From Octopus sinensis (lineage: Eukaryota): a stretch of 64,000 bases of DNA. Location: contig NC_042998.1 of the NCBI RefSeq assembly GCF_006345805.1, forward strand, positions 148,552,001-148,616,000. Direction: 5' to 3'. Shown one piece after another: positions 55,394 to 64,000 of the stretch; positions within the stretch are counted from its first letter, which is position 1; every line of letters begins with the position of its first letter. The notes under the pieces are model-generated. The model ran no database searches and had not been told where the DNA came from. It saw nothing but the letters and a program-made list of their open reading frames with translations. The position numbers were made by a program, and so were the translations under genes.

Positions 55394-55431
55394 TCTTTCT
55401 GTTGAAGAGCGTAGGCTCGAAACGTTAAAGA
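55394..55431 (+). ncRNA. minimal dimer-type hammerhead-like motif with A6U core (also at 40221-40258 and 2367-2402)
   Basis: Stem I TCTTT/AAAGA; CUGUUGA plus an extra A; stem II GAGC-GUAG-GCUC; GAAA; loopless palindromic stem III ACGU; H17 = U. Confidence 0.45.
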
Positions 55432-56079
55432 CTTGTTTTATTTATATTTCCTGAGCGCCATACTAATACAATTGTTCGTTTGTTTTCCACCTGCCTTCGT
55501 CTTTTGTTTATTTTCATAAAGCTTCCCGTTATATATATATATATAATATATATATATTATATATATATATATTAAATTTGAGAAACGGAAGATGGAATAT
55601 ACGAAAATTTATCATTAATCACGACAATTGTTTCGACACGTCTGATATCGATGGGTGGGACACTCAACAACTGGATCAGGAGCACCCGGTGGGGCAGATG
55701 TATCTCTTTGGGTGATAAATAAATACGACTCGTTAAACTTTCCGTTTTGTAGAGAGAAAAGCACCCAGACGAAGGAAATGTCATCATTTATAAAGAAGAT
55801 CAATAATAAAGTCACAGATGGCAAAAAACGAAACGAACACGCAATGCTGCGAGAAAAGTATTAACATTTATGGATGTATAAACGCCCTCGGGCAAGCTGC
55901 ATGGTGCGAGTACACTCGCTCATACAAGCATCCGCAAAAATGTGAGCATACCACACGTGAGGTTTGGTGCACTCATGAACACAAAGCGAGTTAGTTATTT
56001 ACTTGGTGTTAAAAGTAAACTTAAGTCATCCATACCTTGAAGTAAATTAAATTAAGTTAAATGTTACTCAAAATTCATT

Positions 56080-58030
56080 CTCACTGCATTGTGCAAAAGT
56101 ACATTTATATGCGTGTAGGCATCTCGAGAGTCGTTCAGAAATTCTATTACTTATCTTCTCGTTAGTCCACAGAATAGACAGGGATTCCTCGGAGCAGAGA
56201 CGGCCTCTCCTGGAAATTATACTGTATGTTTTTGCATACCTTACTATGACCAATTAATGATATGCTTCATTTTATCCTCCTTCAGTCGCCATACAAAATC
56301 TGCAAAAGATGTTGAGTGTCTCTTATTGATTGTCTTACAGATGGCAACATGGCTACGATAACGAATCTTAAATAAATCCGCTGTCTGCCCAGTGTAAACA
56401 TAGTTCCACCACCACCTTGTGTGCACGGTACATTTATATACGAGATTAATACTCATACAGAAATTCATCAAAGGACATTTTGATATTTCTCTGCATAAGC
56501 ATTTAACGTATTTATTTGTATATAAGGCAGTCCCGACTCCATTTACCGGCGTTGTTACTGTGCTAGCTGTAGCATAAGTATTTCTACTACTACAAATTGG
56601 TTGTAGTTGGTGTTTATCAATGCGATTTACTTCTCCTTCGTTGGTATCTAGATGCAAATGTCCGCTAGATCTAGTAGGTGGGTTATTGAACCTTTGCCTC
56701 ATTTTGTTATTGTTTACATGATGCATAAGCTGCACTGTATTAGTAGAGTTGGTGTAGGATACCTTCACGGTGTGTCGATTAAAAATAGCATGATACCGAT
56801 TAGATTTAGGAAAATACTTGTCCAAAGCAGAAAAAAAATTTTCCAGCGGTCTTGGTTGAAACATGCAAACCGAAAATCGGGTTGAAGCAGAGGACATCCT
56901 GATTCCTATATCTGTTCTTAAGCTTATTTGATCGAGTGTGTTGTACAAGATTGGAACAAGCAGTTGAACTATTATGTCACATGTGTCTATGAGTTTTCGT
57001 TGGTGGTTCATTGATATGACCAACCAATTCTTTCTGGCTTGTATTCTTTATCTGAGTGAATTCTCAAACCGTAACGTTGTGGTGGTATACAACGTGCATC
57101 ACAGCTGGAGGAATTACCAGTGTTCTGTATGCTTGCTTCTTGTATATATTGAATTTTTTCACGGTATCCAGCCCTAGCTAGAGCAGCATTATAATAAGTT
57201 GCATGAGATACGAAAACGTTATTATTAGCAGATAATCTACAAATTCTTGTAGAAATATTCTTAATGAGACCCCATATAATCGAGGGTAAATTGTTGGATG
57301 TTACGTCAATACATAATCATTTGGCTTATGAAATAGTTCAAATAATCCAGTATCAAGACAGAAAATTCACTCTACGATACTCTGTACCTATCGTAATGTT
57401 TAGTCCTAAAGTTTTGAAAAGTCTAAAGAAATTTTTGCTATACCTTTCTAACTGTACTTTACTATATCTGTCTAGAAAAAATAAGGCGTCATCCCTATAT
57501 AGACCCCCTGTTACTTCCAGAAAGGAAGACTGGATTAATGAAAGGATATATTTTCTGACTAGTTCACTGGCCAAAGCAGAATCACATGAGCCATTGCTAT
57601 ATCAAATGCATTCTCTCTATCTAACCTACTCTATAATCTACCATCAAAATCTACTAGAGTGGCTCGCGCGGCGATTATAACTATTTCACGTCGAGACAAA
57701 TCGGAATTTTTCATGCTAAAAATCTAGGCTTGGTTAAGAACTATCGGATTGATAGTGGCATAGAAGCTCTCTAGATCTAGTTGCAAGAATTTACAATTCT
57801 TACTAATTTTTAGAAGCTTGAACCATCCAACAACCTCTTGGGTATCAGACCAGATGGCTAATCTAATTTTCGACTTAAGGACGGGTATTAACCTATTAGT
57901 GATTTCTTTTAGTAATAATACCTACATCGGATTTAGAAGGACAATTCAATTTAACTTAGGGATCAATAAGAAAGTTAGGTTTATGGCCCTTAAGCATAAT
58001 CCGGGATTTTCGAGGGACGTAGAGTTCGGC
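56080..58030 (-). mobile_element. decayed Penelope-like element of a second lineage (YRDD-type RT, C-terminal GIY-YIG; Nematis-like by recall)
   Basis: Minus strand IMLKGHKPNF, WSDTQEVVGWFK, LDLESFYATI, DIAMGSCDSALASELV (frameshifted), GLYRDDAL, DKYFPKSNRYHAIFNRHTVKVSY, CLCREISKCPL...LVYKCTV...YTGQT..FKIRY, LCSEESLSIL; several stops and frameshifts. Confidence 0.85.
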
Positions 58031-58231
58031 TCTATCATCTATGGCTAGATATCTGAAGATTTGTAGCTCTGTATTGTTAATTCTTTTTAATATATATACG
58101 GAGTGGATGGAAAGTAACTAGGCATTAGAAATTGCTTGTAGAATTTTTAGTATCACTGAAGTCATGACGAAAATATGTTTTAAACTTATGCGGATTTGTT
58201 ATTTCTTATTATTTTATTTCTTATTTTCTAG

Positions 58232-58895
58232 ATGGCCAGTCGCTTGAGTGTTCAGGAGCGAGCTAAGATAGCAGCACGGTATGAAGTGTGGAATTCCATT
58301 GTTTTGATTCAGAGATGGTGGCGTGCATGGAAAGGTAAGCATGTAACACTACGTCCAGAGACAATAAAAATGTTATCAGGCGAAGTTGATGACCATGGGC
58401 TCTGCGAACGTTGCAACAAGTGACCGTCCAGCCACATTTCGATCAGCAGAAAACGCGGTAATAGTGCAGGAAATATTTAATCGTAGCCCGCAAAAATCAA
58501 CACCAATCAGCTCGTGAAAGTGGACTAACAAGACACACAACCCGTACGGTTTTATATAAAAGATTGAACTTTTGTCCGTGGAAATCCCAATACGTGCAGA
58601 AGTCCATATCTCACTCCATGTGATTTTTACCTGTGAAGTTACACAAAAGAGGAGGTGTACAAGACAAAACCTGGTACACAATATCCCAAACGACGTCCTT
58701 CAGAAGGTTGTTCATTCCATCCGTGGCTGTTTGAGGGAACTGGTTGACGCCACCGGTACTTATGTTGAAATAGGAAGATTATTTTCATTTTCCCATGGAA
58801 TAAAAACATGTATCATTTGTTTCATTAAATTTCTAAAAGGAATATAGAATTTATTACCAATTTTTAATGCCTACATACTTTTCACGCACCCTGTA
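58232..58895 (+). mobile_element. Tc1/mariner-superfamily relic (DUF4817-type HTH), internally deleted, right TIR present
   Basis: MASRLSVQERAKIAARYEVWNSIVLIQRWWR...RPETIK; RSPYLTPCDFYL*SYTKEEVYKTKP (WPxRSPDLTPxDFxLWG motif); NDVLQKVVHSIRGCLRELVDATGTYVEI; terminus ACTTTTCACGCACCCTGTA followed by TA. Confidence 0.8.
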
Positions 58896-58913
58896 TATAC
58901 ATGCGTACATACA

Positions 58914-59000
58914 CACGTTCCCGGGAACGTGAAACTAAGAACGGGAACGTGAAACTCAGAGTAACAGGTTTTGTTGAATTTCTGCTGCTTTTAAATAAAG
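58914..59000 (+). mobile_element. 5'-truncated copy of the hammerhead-bearing repeat with short inverted 5' end
   Basis: ACGGGAACGTGAAACTCAGAGTAACAGGTTTTGTTGAATTTCTGCTGCTTTTAAATAAAG matches 31510-31569; begins with the palindrome CACGTTCCCGGGAACGTG. Confidence 0.8.
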
Positions 59001-59889
59001 TATATATATATACACATACATACAGATAGTATTTGAAGACTATGAAAATGTTTACAAAGCATTTCATTTAATTTTTTTCTTCAATCTAATTGTTTTTCTT
59101 GTTTTATTCTTAGTTGAAAAAGTCGAAAAGATTGAAACCGGTACTAACCTTTACAAAATGTATTTCATAAAATTATTTCAGGATTTTCTACCTTGTCTTA
59201 TTTTCCTTATATATATCAACCCGTGTGTTACTTTTCAATCTTCTACATTTATATATATCTATATGTGTATATATATAGATGCAAGGATAGGTATGCGGTG
59301 TAAATGTATCTTCCTCCGTCTGTTTCGTCAATGAATACAGGTTGTTTAAGCAACTGAACCAACTTCTCATTGTATTACAGCGGACCACAGACACACTGCA
59401 CACTGTGTCCTCTCTCTCTTTTTTATCCCTACTATAATAGTGTTTCTCTTTCGAATTGTCAAATCTCATACCACTTCCCCTTAAATATTCCTGAACCACT
59501 CATTTTACTACCCACCATTCTGTTTGTTGTGTCCAGCTCTACTAGGCCTCTTATTAATTTTTGCACCTATTACTTCTTTCCTAGTACCTTGACGCTGAGA
59601 TTTCCATCCTGCTCATGCCTGACGTCTTTCTTGCAGGTATTGGTTGAGAGTAGATGTTAAAAGAATTACTATGTTTTCATCAATCTTAAGGATCCTGGAG
59701 AATCTGCTAAAGCCTATGCATTTGTTATGTTTTATATCCTTAGTATGGCCTGCAAAACTTGTTGGAGCAGCTAGGAGGTGGATGCAAACCCTCTCCTCTG
59801 TGCACTGCAGAGGAAGTTGAATAAATGTATAACAGTTGTTCAAATATATCAATGGTTTTAGAAGTTAGATTCTCTATAAGAAATCAATA

Positions 59890-60425
59890 TAGTGAGTTGA
59901 CCAAAAAAGCTCGTTCCTTAATTTAAAGAAAAGTAAGATAACTTTTAAACATAAAATCTATTTATTCAATCACTGATATAAACTACCCCTTAGTTTCATA
60001 AACGATCTATTTTTCGTCCATCCCCATTCCCTTCAAAAAAGGATTGTTTTCTTTAAGCATCTGCAATGAATTGCAGTTGGGCTTCTCTTGGGCCAGGTTT
60101 TTCAGATTCAGTTGAGGAAAACATGGCGCAAACATCGATCCTGCTGACGTAACCAATTTGATAAAGATGAATTGCAACTCACACTCTGGATATTTGAAGA
60201 ATATCTGCGATCACCCTGGTCGTATAACGGAAGTTAGTCTCGACTAACTCCTTCCTTTTGTCGCTGTTAATAACAGTTGGTTGGCCAGAACGAAGTGCAT
60301 CTTGAAAGCAAACATGCTCCGATCGAAATCTTGAAAACCATTTCTGGTACATTCATTCCGTAACAACCTTCTCTTCTACAAAGCACATATTTTCCTGCAA
60401 ATTTTTGATTATTTCTTGTCATTTA
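59890..60425 (-). mobile_element. mariner relic (HTH through first catalytic Asp), internally deleted
   Basis: Frameshifted minus-strand QKWFSRFRSE..FQDALRSGQPTVINSDK...TTRVIADILQIS...IGYVSRIDVCAP...ENNPFLKGMGMDEK*IVY (cf. FLKRIVTGDEKWI.Y); TIR-like GTTGACCAAAAAAGCTCGTTC at about 59897-59917. Confidence 0.75.
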
Positions 60426-61289
60426 AAAAAAAGCCTGGCGTGTTAATTAGACGGGTCACACGGTGTTGTTAGAAGTGTGATCAACATTCCAGTGACATCA
60501 GATGCATTAAACACGAGAATTTCTTGGTCCGCATAGTTGGACAGGATGCTGGTTGCTCCTTGCTGGGTGGTTTTTGAAGGGACTTGCGAGCCTGGGTGTG
60601 TCTATACTAGATGTATAAGTACACATATGTGGATGTCTGATGCACATGCGTGTACGTGTGTTTGGCGGTGGTGTAATCTGGCGTGTATATATCAGCTGCG
60701 TGTGTATCAGTTGTATGAGTGTGCGTGCGTGTATATGTGTGCGTGTGTATGTGTGTGTGTATGCGTGCGTCTTGCGAATACTTTTTACGTTAGTATCTGC
60801 TGTATACGCGTGTGTATGCATATGTACTTAGGATGCACGTATGGATGATTGATGAATGTGAATATGTACATCCCTGAACTTATATGTGTACTTATAAATG
60901 CGTACGTGTTTGTCTGGAAAAGTATGTACACGTGTGTTTTCATCTGGTGCGTGCATGTGTTTACGTATATATTCATGCTTTTAGTATTTGTGTGTGCTAA
61001 CATGACAAATATGTTCTAGCGTGGTCGCAACAACGGGGATTAAGAGAGGAAGACAATACGTACACAGATTCATGTGTATGCGAGTGTATGTGTGTGTACA
61101 CGCCCACTTATATGGAGATGAACGTGGAGGAAGGGTTATATTGGAAGCATAAGGTTGGAAGATACGTCTGTAGTCTGCGTAAGATTCAATGGTTAGGAAC
61201 CCAGTCCTTGGCTGTGGTGCAGCCAGTGTTGAGGTGCAGTCACTGTTAAGGAGGTATATATACTTTGTCGGCGGCCACTGGTTTCAAGT

Positions 61290-61830
61290 GCACCAGGACG
61301 ATGTACGTCTGATGGCAGCAATAAGTTCATCTTTTTGTTGACAGATGCTGCGTGTTGGTGAAGAATATGCAGTCTTTCGCAGATGAACAGATCTGGAATT
61401 TTAGAGCACCGTGTGTGTAAGGTGGGTCCCTGCCAATGTTGGTTCATTTAGTATTGGTTGTTTAATTCCGGAGGTTGCGAGCTCTCCAGAAGAAACGAGA
61501 CAAAGAAGGGGAATTCTCTCTTTCCTTGCGTGTAAGCAAATTCTTATGCTGCGTGTACTTTCCTTTGAGGCTATTGCCCGACTGTTCCGTGTAGTTCCTT
61601 GCAATGCCTTCGAATGACGTTAGGGTGTCTTTGTAGACTACAACCCTTGAAAGGCATCCCCTTCCTAGAGGATAGCTTGTAGGGCTTCGGATATAACAGG
61701 TTGGGATTGGAGGCTGCAGTGTGCATGTATTAGAAGTGACGTTGTCTAAGCAGGAGTAAATCACCTTGATGTTATGCGGGTTGAAAAGCTTATAAACTTA
61801 TGGCCACGGGGAAATGTTTCGTTATATGTT
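61290..61830 (-). mobile_element. second decayed copy of the YRDD-lineage PLE (GIY-YIG region only)
   Basis: FPRGHK...VIYSCLDN...YPLGRGCLSRVVVYKDTLT...NSLKGKYTQHKN...RENSPSLSRFFW...LFICERLHIL...SVNKK parallels 56090-56900. Confidence 0.75.
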
Positions 61831-62778
61831 TATATATATATATATGATATAAAAGAATTCGGGAAAATGTCCCAAAACTATTAGCATAAATCACCCCCTA
61901 TATTTGTTCTAAGTGATATTGAAGTGCCAAGCAGTACCTCAAGGTACATCATAATTTTGGCCGACCAAATTAAAAGCTTTAACCTATCAAGGCAGTATTA
62001 CATATAACATATCATGGTGGTCATATATATGGTAACCTCCATATATACATGTGTGTGTCTGTGGGTGAAGGAGTATGTGTATACACACACAGAGACACAC
62101 ACACACACACACATATAATTTGTATTGCTCCACTGTAAGAGGATTGTAAATGTGTTTGACGATGAAAATTTTGAGTTAGCTCGATATATAGATAGCTGAA
62201 TCTATATGTGTGTGGTGGTGGAGGGGGAGAAAAGAAAAGTAATGCGAGGAAAATAGATATATGTTGGTACGTAGCTAGATAAGTAGATAGATTATCTGAA
62301 TTAAATTATAAGTTACCATAGATAACGTCTAGATAATATAATACTTATTGGTGTGTAAAGATATAGGTGTCGTTAGCGAGACAACGGAGATTTCGATGTT
62401 CTACATTCTCAGCTATTCATTATAATTAACACCTATAGATTTTGATAGCGAGGTTTAAATTATTTTACCGTTTCACATTTGTGTGTGCGGGGGGGGGGGG
62501 GTTATTCATCGAGCTAAGATGATATCTCACTAATTAAAGCAATAAACTCCATCAAAATTACTTTACTGTCACACGTTGTCAGGTTAAAGTGAACGGTGTC
62601 CTGTCTAAATGTCTCTTACATATATCATTTCTTTGACCGGTGTAGGGTTAAAGTGTTGTCACGTCTATTTTCAGCCCTCTGTATTCAATAACCAAAGAAG
62701 ATTTTGCAATCTGACGCTTGTATTACTGGTCTAAGACAAATTATTACATAAAAATGCCAATGACTAGTTCTATTAAAA

Positions 62779-62996
62779 AGAGGATGGCACTGGTCGAATC
62801 TTTAGCGCGTTGGGCGAAATGCTTAGTAACATGTCTTCTGGCTCTTTATGTTCCCGGTTTAAATTCCGCCGATGTCAACTTTGCCTTTCATACTTTAGGG
62901 GCTGATAAAATAAAACACCGTTCAAGCACTGGGTTCGATGTAATTGACTAAGCTTCTCCCCCTAAAATTGAAGTCCATGTGCCAATTTTGAGAAGC
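62779..62996 (+). mobile_element. SINE (family of 3534-3770), diverged
   Basis: GAATCTTTAGCGCGTTGGGCGAAATGCTTAG...TTTAAATTCCGCCGATGTCAACTTTGCCTTTCATACTTTAGGGG...GCACTGGGTTCGATGTAATTGAC. Confidence 0.8.
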
Positions 62997-63566
62997 ATCC
63001 ATTAGCAAAAGTAAGTGGATGTGGATACCCATAGCACATCCCTTCGTCTTGTGATAACATTTTTGTCCATTGTAATACGTTGTAATACATTGTAAAACTT
63101 CAATAATCTGCATAGAAAATTAGATGGAATATTTTGATTTGACCACTTTTCATAGGTGTCTATGCAAGCTTCCACGCCTCACTAATATCTCTTCCGAAAA
63201 GAAATTGTTAATTTTGGAAACAAAATCAAAAGCCAGTTCTATATTTAAGAGATGAAGAATTATGTACATTATTTACATTACTTACATTTGACGGGTATAT
63301 GGCGTAGTGGTTAAGACATACAATAGAAATACAAAATGGCTGACGGTTAGTAAGGAGAGACACAAATAAGTAAGAAGAAAACAAAGGACCACTGATGCGG
63401 TCACAGGAGTGTGACGAAAGAACTCTGGCCGAAATAAGATTAAGATTAATGATTAATGTAAAAAATAAATAACACTGAAGCAAAGTAACACCAAATATAT
63501 AGTGCGTGTGTTTTTATTGGCTAAACTGGCAAAATGACCATTCCTAAATACAACAATATATATATA

Positions 63567-63614
<48 letters not shown>

Positions 63615-63628
63615 ATTTAGGAATGGTC

Positions 63629-63664
<36 letters not shown>

Positions 63665-63665
<1 letters not shown>

Positions 63666-63937
63666 GAGGCGCAATGGCCCAGTGGTTAGGGCAGCGGACT
63701 CGCGGTCGTAGGATCGCGGTTTCGATTCCCAGACCGGGCGTTGTGAGTGTTTATTGTGCGAAAACGCCTAAAAGCTCCGCGAGGCTCAGGAGGGGGGGGG
63801 GTGATCCCTGCTGTACTCTTTCACCATTCTTTCTTCTGTTGGCCTGCTCGCTTAGGCGTCATTCGAAGGCTAAAACAATGCGAACGCATTGTGACCAGCG
63901 ATGTGTAACAACTTCTGATGCTCTGGTCGGTCACGTG

Positions 63938-63938
<1 letters not shown>
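63665..63938 (+). mobile_element. tRNA-headed SINE of a third family
   Basis: Head GGAGGCGCAATGGCCCAGTGGTTAGGGCAGCGGACTCGCGGTCGTAGGATCGCGGTTTCGATTCCC with A-box (TGGCCCAGTGG) and B-box (GTTTCGATTCC), followed by a non-tRNA body; sits between (TG)n and (TA)n. Confidence 0.75.
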
Positions 63939-63968
<30 letters not shown>

Positions 63969-64000
63969 GAAAAAGAGAGAGAGAGAGAGAGCGCAGGGGA

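Larger units (their letters stand above)
52966..55529 (+). mobile_element. Neptune-type Penelope-like retroelement, 5'-truncated, inserted in (TA)n
   Basis: RT-EN ORF, CT-rich spacer, tandem-repeat 3' UTR, and a 3' end shared with 40100-40388; both junctions lie in (TA)n. Confidence 0.92.

Noticed and set aside
55615-55665. Minus-strand GAAACAATTGTC (hammerhead 3' half with palindromic stem III and GUC)
   Set aside because: There is no CUGANGA at the required position and no stem I.
63665-63740. Possible tRNA genes here and at the 3534 and 4499 SINE heads
   Set aside because: A/B boxes are present but I could not form a full cloverleaf with an acceptor stem, and each continues into a SINE body.

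Overview
Eukaryotic, repeat-saturated non-genic or intronic DNA. The extreme microsatellite density ((TA)n, (CA)n, (ATAC)n, (ATCT)n, (AAT)n) and the tRNA-headed SINE families look like an Octopus genome (inference from recalled consensus sequences, not a database search). I recognise no host gene. Almost all ORFs in the track are microsatellite artefacts, and every recognisable coding segment is transposon-derived. The Penelope-like elements (PLEs) are: one 5'-truncated Neptune-type copy with an uninterrupted RT + GIY-YIG frame (52966-55529), two shorter relatives, and two decayed copies of a second C-terminal-EN PLE lineage (YRDD RT). Non-LTR relics are a head-to-tail cluster of R4/Dong-type pieces (14.0-19.1 kb), two RTE 3' ends and a HERO-like 3' end. 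There are also several Tc1/mariner/maT relics, a hAT MITE and many SINEs. The most interesting signals are RNA structures in short PLE-type repeats. One is a complete type I hammerhead ribozyme fold (31492-31543) inside a 78/79-bp perfect fold-back palindrome. A sibling copy also carries a 5' snap-back and supports stem II. The Neptune 3' repeat contains a second, dimer-type hammerhead-like motif with the same A6-to-U core change in all three copies. A few isolated exon-like segments are flagged at low confidence.
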